This document shows, piece by piece, positions 27,092 through 35,574 of a DNA stretch of 64,000 bases. Source of the stretch: Patescibacteria group bacterium (GTDB lineage: Bacteria > Patescibacteriota > Minisyncoccia > Phycocordibacterales > Phycocordibacteraceae); the NCBI GenBank assembly GCA_019744845.1, contig JAIETW010000002.1, positions 69,759 through 133,758 on the forward strand, given 5' to 3'. Numbering within the stretch: position 1 is the first letter of the stretch; each line of letters begins with the position of its first letter. Under the pieces are notes generated by a model that was not told the origin of the DNA, did no database searches, and saw only the letters and a program-made list of their open reading frames with translations. A program made the translations under genes and the position numbers.

Positions 27092-27793
27092 ATGACAGCA
27101 ACTGACCTCAAAGGCCCAGGTGTGGACCGTCTGTTTTCTACAGGCGCTCATTTTGCGCAGCTTAAGAGCCGCCGCCATCCATCTATGAAGAAGTTCATCG
27201 TGGGTATGAAGTCTCGTGTAGAGATCTTTGACCTCGCAAAGACTGATGAGCAGCTTGCAGCTGCAAAGGAGGCAATTGCCGCGATGGCCCGCGATGGAAA
27301 GGTGGTTATGTTTGTCGGAGGGAAGCGTGAGGTATCTGAGGCCGTTCGTCGTGTCGGAGAGCGCCTGAACGTTCCGTACGTAGACGGCCGCTGGCTCGGA
27401 GGCACTATCTCTAACTTCGTAGAGATCAAGAAGCGTATTGAGCGCCTTGCTGACCTTCTTGGAAAGCGTGAGAGTGGTGAGCTTGCAAAGCTTCACACCA
27501 AGCTTGAGCGTGTGTTTATTGACCGCGAGATCGCACGTCTTGATGAGCGCCTCCACGGCATTGCAGAGCTTCAGAAGCGTCCTGACGCCATGGTTGTTGT
27601 AGACACTCGCCAGGAGGCATACGCAGTGAAGGAGGCCCGTGCCGTTGGCATTCCCGTCATCGGTATCATGAGCTCTGACTGTGATGTGGCTGATGCGACC
27701 TTCCCAATCGTTACTAACGATGCGTCTCGTGCAACAGTAGGCCTTGTGCTTGATGAGCTTGCATCCGCATACGAGGCAGGCAAGAAGGCGTAA
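27092..27793 (+). CDS. rpsB: 30S ribosomal protein S2
   Basis: GAHFAQLKSRRHPSMKKFIVG ... YVDGRWLGGTISNF, classic S2 blocks. Start moved to an internal ATG; the track ORF begins at 27047. Confidence 0.9.
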   Translation: MTATDLKGPGVDRLFSTGAHFAQLKSRRHPSMKKFIVGMKSRVEIFDLAKTDEQLAAAKEAIAAMARDGKVVMFVGGKREVSEAVRRVGERLNVPYVDGRWLGGTISNFVEIKKRIERLADLLGKRESGELAKLHTKLERVFIDREIARLDERLHGIAELQKRPDAMVVVDTRQEAYAVKEARAVGIPVIGIMSSDCDVADATFPIVTNDASRATVGLVLDELASAYEAGKKA

Positions 27794-27831
27794 CTACGCC
27801 TTCGTTCTGTTCGCTTTAACCTTTTCTTTTT

Positions 27832-28413
27832 ATGGATATATCTACTGACGTACTTAAAACTCTCCGTGATAAGACCGGCGTTTCGGTCATGCAGTGCAAG
27901 AAGGCACTTGAAGAGGCAGGCGGTGATGTAGATAAGGCAGAAGTGATTCTTCGTAAGAAGAGCGGTGCCGCTGCAGAGAAGAAGGGAGATCGTGAGCTCG
28001 GTGCTGGCTGGATTGGTTCCTACGTACACGACGGAACCATTGGCGCCATGGTGCTTCTTTCTTCAGAGACTGACTTCGTCGCAAAGAACGAGGAATTTGG
28101 CGCACTCGCACGCGAAATCGCGATGCAGGTTGCGGCAGGAAACCCTACCTATCTTTCTGATAGCGAGATTCCTCAGGATGCAAAGGACGCCGCCAATGCA
28201 GTCTTTATGACTGAGCTTGAAGGGAAGCCAGAGGAAATGAAGGCAAAGATTCTTGAAGGAAAGCTTGCCGCATACTTCCAGAGCCAGGTGCTGTTGAATC
28301 AGCTCTATATCAAGGACGACAGCAAGACCATCAAGGATCTGTTGTCTGAGGCCACACAGAAGTTTGGAGAGCGTATTGAAGTCTCTAAGTTTGCGCGCTT
28401 CTCCGCCCGCTAA
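27832..28413 (+). CDS. tsf: Elongation factor Ts (short form)
   Basis: LRDKTGVSVMQCKKALEEAGGDVDKAEVILRKKSGAAAEKKGDRELGAGWIGSYVH N-terminal UBA-like region plus the core. Confidence 0.88.
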   Translation: MDISTDVLKTLRDKTGVSVMQCKKALEEAGGDVDKAEVILRKKSGAAAEKKGDRELGAGWIGSYVHDGTIGAMVLLSSETDFVAKNEEFGALAREIAMQVAAGNPTYLSDSEIPQDAKDAANAVFMTELEGKPEEMKAKILEGKLAAYFQSQVLLNQLYIKDDSKTIKDLLSEATQKFGERIEVSKFARFSAR

Positions 28414-28417
28414 TTAA

Positions 28418-28834
28418 ATGATCTACCTCGCGATATTCGTCATCGCGCTCGTGCTGTTCTTTGGGTTCCTTTTCTTGACCAGTGTAGAACAGAAGAAGGG
28501 AGCTCGCGTGTTGTCAGGAATACGCAGTGCACTTGATGCGCGCGTTGCTCGGGCGACCGGAGTGGTTGCACACGTAGACTTCAGTGCCTTCATGTGGAAT
28601 CTTTCTAAGGATGTAGCGGGACGTGTGGTACATGATATTGCGCACATCTCACTCATTGCAGTGCGTTCGCTTGAACGTCTGCTCACGCGGCTCGTGCGCT
28701 TTATCCGCAGTCGGGTGCACGCACCACAGACCGTGGAAGGGAAGCGCTCTGCATTCGTAGAAACGATCACCTACTTCAAGAAAACACTCCGTCGCTCCAA
28801 GGAGACGACAGAACAGGAAGAACGTGTAAAATAG
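28418..28834 (+). CDS. Hypothetical membrane protein
   Basis: N-terminal TM helix. Coding periodicity is supported only by ORF length and its tight fit between tsf and the tRNA. Confidence 0.45.
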   Translation: MIYLAIFVIALVLFFGFLFLTSVEQKKGARVLSGIRSALDARVARATGVVAHVDFSAFMWNLSKDVAGRVVHDIAHISLIAVRSLERLLTRLVRFIRSRVHAPQTVEGKRSAFVETITYFKKTLRRSKETTEQEERVK

Positions 28835-28842
28835 GGCACATT

Positions 28843-28918
28843 GCCGAGATAGCTCAGTTGGTAGAGCAACGCACTTGTAATGCGTAGGTCGCGAGTTCGA
28901 ATCTCGCTCTCGGCTCCA
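28843..28918 (+). tRNA. tRNA-Thr (anticodon UGU), CCA encoded
   Basis: Folded by eye as a cloverleaf. Acceptor GCCGAGA/TCTCGGC, D-arm GCTC-AGTTGGTA-GAGC, anticodon stem ACGCA/TGCGT with loop CTTGTAA, T-arm GCGAG-TTCGAAT-CTCGC, then T-CCA; 76 nt. Confidence 0.9.
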
Positions 28919-28923
28919 AAGGA

Positions 28924-29445
28924 TTAGGTGCCACGCATTGAAACGGTCAGCACGAGAAGTGCGAATACAAGGAAGACGAGACTCGTGGTAAGGATGAGAA
29001 ATAGGAGCCGCTTTGGTTGGAGAGACATGGGTTCAATAGTGATGGAAGACGTTAGACGATGTGCGACAAGGCGTCCAAGTAAGGTACCCATCGCTACACC
29101 TGCACCCACAAGTGCAAGGACTCTTGTCCCTATTTCAGAGGCGCCCAGGAAAGGACCGAGGAGTGCGAGGAGCTCAAGCACGACAAGTATAACGACAACG
29201 AGAGGAATGTTGTCTCCAAAGGAGCGGAGCATTCGTGCGCGGGCATAAAGGAAATATCCGAGCGTGGCACAGAAAAGAAAGAGGAGTAGCTCATATTGCG
29301 TACGAGTATTTATTGCAACAATTGCGACTGCAAGTGCAGTAGTGAGGTATGTGTGTGTACCTACGTGAACCAGCACGGATTTCACCTCTTTTATTTGCGA
29401 AGACAAATCACCCATAGATCTAGTATACGTCTCACGTGGACTCAC
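28924..29445 (-). CDS. Hypothetical multi-pass membrane protein
   Basis: About four hydrophobic helices; no recognisable family motif. Confidence 0.45.
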   Translation of the reverse strand: MSPRETYTRSMGDLSSQIKEVKSVLVHVGTHTYLTTALAVAIVAINTRTQYELLLFLFCATLGYFLYARARMLRSFGDNIPLVVVILVVLELLALLGPFLGASEIGTRVLALVGAGVAMGTLLGRLVAHRLTSSITIEPMSLQPKRLLFLILTTSLVFLVFALLVLTVSMRGT

Positions 29446-29462
29446 CTAGTAAACGTTGTTTA

Positions 29463-30149
29463 CTACTCATCAGATGTTGAAGTTGCGGTTGAGCTTGCAG
29501 GAACAAGGAGTCCTTCAGGGAAGGAATCTTCAAGGTCCTCAAGGGTCGTGAAGCCGTATGCGCGGGTGCCCTGGATCACGAATGCAGGAAGTTCTGCGTT
29601 TACCTTCTCTACCGCGATAAGGGTCTTGAGTGCCGCGAGGTCTAGGTTGTAGTCAAAGGAGTACACACGAAGGTCAGGGTACGTCTGACGAAGGTAGGAG
29701 AGGGCGTAGCCGGCACGATCACAGTCCTCACACTGTCCTGGGACGTTGCTGTAGAAGTAGAGAGCAACCACTGGTTCAAGATCACAAGTGCGGGCAAGGC
29801 GCTTGGTGAGAAGGTAGTCGCGAATCTGAAGAAGGGTGTAGCGTTCCTTAAGGCGAAGCACTTCAGGGTCGGTCGCGCCAAGGCGCTCCTCAGCAAAGGC
29901 AAGACGGTCACCAAGACCTCCAAGCTCAGTGGTGAATGCATTGCTGCCTTCAAGGCCTTCACATGGCGCTTCTGCAAGCAGTGCGTACTGCGTTTCAATA
30001 GAAAGGGTGTCGGTGGCAAGCTGGTCTTCAATGGCGCGAAGTTCAGCCACGCGCTGCTCGTTCAAGAAGTTTACTGCGTACAAGACGGTCGCAATGATGG
30101 CGACGGTAATGAGAAGTGCGATGAGTGCATTACGAAGGTAGAAAGGCAT
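29463..30149 (-). CDS. Membrane-anchored thioredoxin-fold-like protein with CxxC (possible DsbA-like thiol-disulfide oxidoreductase)
   Basis: N-terminal TM, then LYFYSNVPGQCEDCDRAG, a beta-strand-then-CxxC arrangement typical of the thioredoxin fold. Tentative. Confidence 0.45.
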   Translation of the reverse strand: MPFYLRNALIALLITVAIIATVLYAVNFLNEQRVAELRAIEDQLATDTLSIETQYALLAEAPCEGLEGSNAFTTELGGLGDRLAFAEERLGATDPEVLRLKERYTLLQIRDYLLTKRLARTCDLEPVVALYFYSNVPGQCEDCDRAGYALSYLRQTYPDLRVYSFDYNLDLAALKTLIAVEKVNAELPAFVIQGTRAYGFTTLEDLEDSFPEGLLVPASSTATSTSDE

Positions 30150-30155
30150 GAAGGA

Positions 30156-31406
30156 TTAGCGCCAGGAACGGCGGGTAGAGGTAGCGACGTCAGCAACAGA
30201 GCGCACGAGCCAGAGTGGTGCGATAAGACCATACACGAACATATAGCCCAAGATTCCGACGCCAAGATTTGCAGGGGTGTGAGAGATCTTGCGACCCACG
30301 AGTACGAAAAGGATGCTGCCCACCACTGCCACGACCGCAAGAAGGGTGAAGAGGGTGAGAGGGAAGTAGAACCACTCAATGGCATTAAGTTTTGGCACGA
30401 TGGTGCTTACGGTGTAATCAAGCGGAACGCCTGACGCAATCAAGAAGGTGTTTACTCCTTCTTTGACGAGCTGATAGATCACAATACCGAACATAAGGAT
30501 ACCGCCGATGATAGCGAAGAATCCAAGAGGAAGGACGATAAGGCCGAGTGCACCATAACGAGGGTTACCCACGAGGCCACGATACTCGTAGAGCATGTTG
30601 CGGAGGAAGCCGGTGGTCCAGCGGGTGCGCTGCTTCACGAGAGAGGGAACGGAGCGTGGAGTAGCAGTCTCTACGCGTGCCTTTGGAGCGCTATCAATCT
30701 TGTAGCCTGCCTGCTGCATACGGAGTGCCATCTCCATGTCTTCGGTGTTGTGTCCGTGGCGGAACCCACCAATCTTTTCAATGATGTCGCGGCGGTAGAG
30801 AGAGAATGGTCCTGGTGTCACGTAGATGCCGTTCACTGCCGCAAGAATGTGACGAAGGGCAATACCCATGATGTATTCGGCATTCTGCATCCGCTCAAGA
30901 ATGTTCTTTGGTTTGTGGACTGACATGGCGGCGGTAGTAGCGCCCACCTCAGGATCATCAAAACAGGAGATCATCTCACGAAGTGCATCTGTATGTACGA
31001 AAGAGTCTGCATCAAGACAGCCCACAATCTCGGCGTCTTTTGCGGCGTCTATACCCGCGTTAAGCGCAACGTGCTTTCCACCATTTTCCTGATGAATGAC
31101 GGTGACCTGTGCGTAGTGCGCAAAGCTGTCCATCACTTTTCCAGTCGCATCAGTAGAGCCATCGTTCACGAGAATGATCTGGAGCTTCTCCTTTGGATAC
31201 TCAAGGGCGAGAAGGGACTCCACAGTGCCGCCGACCGTCTTCTCTTCGTTGAAGCAGGGCACAATCATCGCAACCATGGGGGTCTTCTTTGAGATCGCAC
31301 GATCTCGTGCGTCTTTGGCAGGCTGGGACAGGAAGGTTACGAGCAAAAAGGCCTCAAAGTAGATGGCCGCAAAGAGAAAAGGATACGCGAGTACCGTAAG
31401 ATCCAT
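30156..31406 (-). CDS. Processive family-2 glycosyltransferase (PgaC/NodC/cellulose-synthase-like) with C-terminal TM bundle
   Basis: IVPCFNEE ... ILVNDGSTDAT, a DAD-type motif, the QRTRW (Q-x-x-R-W) motif, and four C-terminal TM helices. Confidence 0.8.
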   Translation of the reverse strand: MDLTVLAYPFLFAAIYFEAFLLVTFLSQPAKDARDRAISKKTPMVAMIVPCFNEEKTVGGTVESLLALEYPKEKLQIILVNDGSTDATGKVMDSFAHYAQVTVIHQENGGKHVALNAGIDAAKDAEIVGCLDADSFVHTDALREMISCFDDPEVGATTAAMSVHKPKNILERMQNAEYIMGIALRHILAAVNGIYVTPGPFSLYRRDIIEKIGGFRHGHNTEDMEMALRMQQAGYKIDSAPKARVETATPRSVPSLVKQRTRWTTGFLRNMLYEYRGLVGNPRYGALGLIVLPLGFFAIIGGILMFGIVIYQLVKEGVNTFLIASGVPLDYTVSTIVPKLNAIEWFYFPLTLFTLLAVVAVVGSILFVLVGRKISHTPANLGVGILGYMFVYGLIAPLWLVRSVADVATSTRRSWR

Positions 31407-31437
31407 ATGCCGTAATTTGTGTTGAAGTATAGCAAAT

Positions 31438-32184
31438 TTGGCCTATTTTCTCTATACTGGGCGGATGAACGAGGGGAAACTCCATCCTATTACGGTCGCG
31501 ACTCGTGACATAGCTGATATCTTCGGTCGCATGGGGTTTTCTGTTGAATACGGTCCCGAACTTGAGGACGACTGGCATAACTTCACTGCGCTTAACATTC
31601 CCGCCGATCACCCTGCGCGCGATATGCAGGATACTTTCTGGACCAAGGAGGAGACTCCCCGTGTACCGCGCACACATACCACGGCGGTGTCTATTCGCTG
31701 TCTCGAGAAGATGGCAAGGGAAGGGCTCACGTCCTATCGTGCCATTTCTCCTGCAAAAGTATTTCGTAACGAGCGAACCGACCTCACGCACGAGGCGCAG
31801 TTCTATCAGCTTGATGGATTTGCCGTCGGTCCTGACATAACCCTTGCACATTTGAAAGGAACCTTTGAAACATTCTTCCGGGAATTTCTTGGTCCGGAAG
31901 CAAAGATTAGATTCCGTCCAAGCTTCTTCGGGTTTACCGAGCCCTCAGTAGAAGTAGATATGTGGTTCCAGCCGGAAGGGAAGGAAGGTCGCTGGCTTGA
32001 GTACTGTGGCGCCGGCATGCTGCATCCGAACGTGATTCGCAATGCAGGCCTCGACCCCGCGAAGGTACAAGGCTTTGCATGGGGTGGGGGGCTTGAGCGC
32101 CTCATTATGATTAAGTCTGGGGTACCGGATGTACGCATGTTCCATAACGGAGACATTCGTTTCGTGCACGGATTTTCAAAATAG
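31438..32184 (+). CDS. pheS: Phenylalanine--tRNA ligase alpha subunit (short form)
   Basis: FTALNIPADHPARDMQDTFW motif 1/2 region, a class II core, and C-terminal GFAWGGGLERL. Confidence 0.9.
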   Translation: MAYFLYTGRMNEGKLHPITVATRDIADIFGRMGFSVEYGPELEDDWHNFTALNIPADHPARDMQDTFWTKEETPRVPRTHTTAVSIRCLEKMAREGLTSYRAISPAKVFRNERTDLTHEAQFYQLDGFAVGPDITLAHLKGTFETFFREFLGPEAKIRFRPSFFGFTEPSVEVDMWFQPEGKEGRWLEYCGAGMLHPNVIRNAGLDPAKVQGFAWGGGLERLIMIKSGVPDVRMFHNGDIRFVHGFSK

Positions 32185-32186
32185 AT

Positions 32187-34052
32187 ATGAAAGTCTCACG
32201 TACCTGGCTGCAGAAATATTTTGATACTGAACTTCCTTCAGCAGAGGAGCTTGGCAATGCGCTTACCTTCCATGCGTTTGAGATAGAGGAGATAGAAGGA
32301 GACATGCTTGATGTAAAAGTGCTTCCTGATCGTGCCTGCTATGCACTCTCACATCGTGGTATTGCAAAAGAGATCTCCGCGATTCTGAGTATTCCAATGA
32401 AGTTAGACCCGCTTCGTGAGGCGGTGCCTGCGGTTGCAACGACTAAGAATCTTGTGGTGACTGCAGATCCTGAGTATGTGCGGCGCCACACGGGAGCATT
32501 GGTGCGCGGTGTAAAGGTGGGCCCTTCACCAGAGTGGCTCCGCACCGCACTTGAAGCAGTGGGGCAGCGCTCCATCAATAACGTGGTAGATATTTCTAAC
32601 TACGTAATGCTTGATATTGGGCAACCATCTGGTGCATTTGATCTTGCGAAACTGAAGCCAGAGAATGACGTCTACAAGATTGATATTCGTCGCGCTACAC
32701 AGGGTGAGAAGTTTCTTGCGCTCACCGGAGAAACCTATGAACTCTCTGACACCATGTTCGTATTCTCTGATGCAGTTGGTGGGTTAGTAATGGATGTGGC
32801 GGGTGTGAAGGGTGGAAAAGAGTCTGGAGTCACAGAAGCAACCACCGACATTTTCCTTTCGGTTGGAAACTATGACGGCACACTGATTCGCCGCACTGCA
32901 CAGAAACTCCACCTCTTCACGGATGCAAGCTCACGGTATCAGAATCGTCCATCACCAGAACTCACCGCGTACGGTATGCGCGATATTCTTGCGCTTCTTG
33001 CTGAGGTGACGGGAGGAACCGTAGAAGGTGTGGTTGATTTCTATCCGTCACCAGTACCTATGCCAACGGTGTCCTTCTCTCCTGAATTTGTTAACAAGAA
33101 ACTTGGTACGTCTTTCAGCGCACCTGACATACTTGGCGCACTGACTCGTCTCGGACTTTCGCATACCAAAGAAGGGGAGTCAGTTATTGTGACGCCACCG
33201 TATGAGCGGGGTGATATTAGTATCCCTGAAGATCTTGTAGAAGAAGTGGGACGCATCATTGGATATGATCAGGTGACACCGGTACCGATGCCAGAGATTC
33301 CGGCACCTCCACAGTTGAAATATCGTGGCATTGAGCGTATACGCGATCTTCTGGTTGCACGTGGCTTTACCGAAATCTCCACGCCTTCGTTTGCAGTGAA
33401 GGGTGACATTCTTCTTTCAAATCCGCTTCAGGAGGATAAACCGTACCTTCGTCCTAATTTTCGCGTGAACATGGAAGAGGCACTTACGCGTGCAGTGAAT
33501 GTGGCGCCACGCGTCCTTGGTCCGGTGTCAGAAGTAAAGCTTTTTGAGCTTGGAACTATCTTCACTAAGGAAGGAGAGAAGATGGCACTTGCGGTTGGAA
33601 GCAAGATCGTGACTGGTAAGAAGCGCCCACTCACGATTGAGAACATAGAAGAATTCTCAGGCATGCTCTCAGGGAGTGCAGACGAAGTGCTTGAGGTTAC
33701 GCTTGATGATGCGGCGCTAGAGACATTTGGCGCGGGATACGAGCCAAAGAAAGAGGGGCTTGGTGCGTTTGGACAGTTCTCGGTATATCCTTTTGCCCTT
33801 CGCGATGTCGCCGTGTGGACTCCTGAGGGAACAAGGGAAGAGACAGTTGCAGGCATAATCCGTGAAGGTTCCGGCTCTCTTCTCGTGCGGCTTGATTGCT
33901 TTGATAGTTTTGCGAAAGAAGGCCGCGTATCGTATGCGTTCCGTTTGGTGCTTGAGGCAGCCGACCACACGCTTACAGATGTGGAGCTTGGAGAGGTCAT
34001 GGGAAAGGTGACAAAGGCACTCCAGGAAACCTTAGGCTACGAGGTGCGGTAG
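32187..34052 (+). CDS. pheT: Phenylalanine--tRNA ligase beta subunit (lacks N-terminal tRNA-binding domain)
   Basis: B3/B4 and B5-like regions and a C-terminal FDAS-like fold. Starts 3 nt after the pheS stop; 621 aa. Confidence 0.88.
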   Translation: MKVSRTWLQKYFDTELPSAEELGNALTFHAFEIEEIEGDMLDVKVLPDRACYALSHRGIAKEISAILSIPMKLDPLREAVPAVATTKNLVVTADPEYVRRHTGALVRGVKVGPSPEWLRTALEAVGQRSINNVVDISNYVMLDIGQPSGAFDLAKLKPENDVYKIDIRRATQGEKFLALTGETYELSDTMFVFSDAVGGLVMDVAGVKGGKESGVTEATTDIFLSVGNYDGTLIRRTAQKLHLFTDASSRYQNRPSPELTAYGMRDILALLAEVTGGTVEGVVDFYPSPVPMPTVSFSPEFVNKKLGTSFSAPDILGALTRLGLSHTKEGESVIVTPPYERGDISIPEDLVEEVGRIIGYDQVTPVPMPEIPAPPQLKYRGIERIRDLLVARGFTEISTPSFAVKGDILLSNPLQEDKPYLRPNFRVNMEEALTRAVNVAPRVLGPVSEVKLFELGTIFTKEGEKMALAVGSKIVTGKKRPLTIENIEEFSGMLSGSADEVLEVTLDDAALETFGAGYEPKKEGLGAFGQFSVYPFALRDVAVWTPEGTREETVAGIIREGSGSLLVRLDCFDSFAKEGRVSYAFRLVLEAADHTLTDVELGEVMGKVTKALQETLGYEVR

Positions 34053-34065
34053 TATAGGGAAGACA

Positions 34066-35088
34066 ATGGAACCTGCTCCCGGACTCCGTATCGCGATCGT
34101 CACTGACGCCTACTTCCCGCACATAAGCGGGGTAGCGACGACGCTCAAGGCTACCTGCGAAGAGCTAGAGAAGCAGGGCAATATCGTAAAGATCATCGCA
34201 CCACGTGATTTCCCGTTGGTAATTCCTGCGCCGACGTACCCAGAGATTAAGCTGACTCTTTTTCCATACAAGCGTCTAGAAAAGATGCTTGATGAATTCA
34301 AGCCTGATTCTATTCACGTCGCTGTTGAAGGGCCTCTTGGTCTTGCCGCGCGTAAGTATGCAAAGAAGCGGAAGATGTGTTACACCACCGCGTACCACAC
34401 ACGCTTCCCAGAATATGTGCACTGTCGTACCGGCATTCCAACCTCATGGGTATATGCCTTTGCCCGCTGGTTCCATAACGGTGGATCAGGAGTGATGGTG
34501 GCAGCACACTCGCTCATAAAAGAGCTTGAGGGGCATGGTTTTAAGAATCTTCGCTATTGGCCGCGTGGCGTAGACAGTGAACTGTTTAATCCTGAGAATC
34601 CAATTGCGCTTACCGGAGAGCGTCCCATCTTTATGTACATGGGTCGCGTGTCGGTAGAGAAGAACCTTGATGCGTTTCTCTCACTAGATCTTCCGGGTAC
34701 TAAATATATTGTCGGAGATGGTCCGGCACGAAAGGCTCTTGAGAAGAAGTATCCAAACGTTATCTTTACCGGCTACAAATTCGGCAAAGAGCTCGCACAG
34801 CATGTAGCCGCTGCGGATGTGTTTGTCTTTCCGTCCCTCACCGATACGCTCGGGCTCGTGATGCTAGAGGCGAACGCGTGCGGAGTACCGGTTGCGGCGC
34901 TTCCATCACAAGCCTCTTCTACCGTCATCAAGGAGGGCGAGAACGGCATCGTGTCTGCCGATCTTAAGGATGCCTGCCTTCGTGCACTCACACTCTCACG
35001 TGAGCGCGCTCGTGCCATTGCAATTGAATCTGGATGGAAGGAGCCCGGCGAACTCTTTTTGAAGAATCTCGTGTGCGCGGTAGAGTAG
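34066..35088 (+). CDS. Glycosyltransferase family 4 (GT-B)
   Basis: RIAIVTDAYFPHISGVATT N-terminus, and a C-terminal E-x7-E-like region with GVPVAALP. Confidence 0.75.
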   Translation: MEPAPGLRIAIVTDAYFPHISGVATTLKATCEELEKQGNIVKIIAPRDFPLVIPAPTYPEIKLTLFPYKRLEKMLDEFKPDSIHVAVEGPLGLAARKYAKKRKMCYTTAYHTRFPEYVHCRTGIPTSWVYAFARWFHNGGSGVMVAAHSLIKELEGHGFKNLRYWPRGVDSELFNPENPIALTGERPIFMYMGRVSVEKNLDAFLSLDLPGTKYIVGDGPARKALEKKYPNVIFTGYKFGKELAQHVAAADVFVFPSLTDTLGLVMLEANACGVPVAALPSQASSTVIKEGENGIVSADLKDACLRALTLSRERARAIAIESGWKEPGELFLKNLVCAVE

Positions 35089-35091
35089 GGT

Positions 35092-35490
35092 ATGGCTGAA
35101 AACGTACAAGAAACAAAGGAGAGTGGTCCGAAGTGGGAGAAGATAACCGCACAACAGTTTCTTCTTGAAGTAGAACGCTGTGCAAACAATGCACGTCAGC
35201 AAAAGCTAGATCCGATGCATGCAGAACAATTCTCCTATGAGTTTGATGAGATACACATCGTCCCTCCTGCTGGTATAGAGCTTTCGTTTACCAATGCGGC
35301 ATACACCATGGATCCTGACCGCAGGTTTGTCATTATAGGGAATCGGGGACACGGTATGAAAGACGCCCGTCAGCAATCACTTGTCGGTGGGGCAATCGTA
35401 CGAGAGATCTCCGTATTCGTCAGTTCTATTGAGGATCCTTCCACCGTGATCAAAGTAAAGCGTGCACCCATAAAGAGGACGGGGTGGTAG
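35092..35490 (+). CDS. Hypothetical protein
   Basis: ORF is translationally coupled to the upstream GT4; no recognisable motif. Confidence 0.45.
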   Translation: MAENVQETKESGPKWEKITAQQFLLEVERCANNARQQKLDPMHAEQFSYEFDEIHIVPPAGIELSFTNAAYTMDPDRRFVIIGNRGHGMKDARQQSLVGGAIVREISVFVSSIEDPSTVIKVKRAPIKRTGW

Positions 35491-35574
35491 ATTTTGGGGC
35501 GTAGCTAAGCCGTAGATTTCCACTTCTGGACGCGCAAAATAGGGCCTCCCGTGCTATACTTTTGGTAACACTAC

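Noticed and set aside
26927-27556. 209-aa minus-strand ORF
   Set aside because: Antisense to prfA/rpsB, both strongly supported.
33428-34000. 190-aa minus-strand ORF, Ser-rich
   Set aside because: Antisense to pheT; composition-driven.
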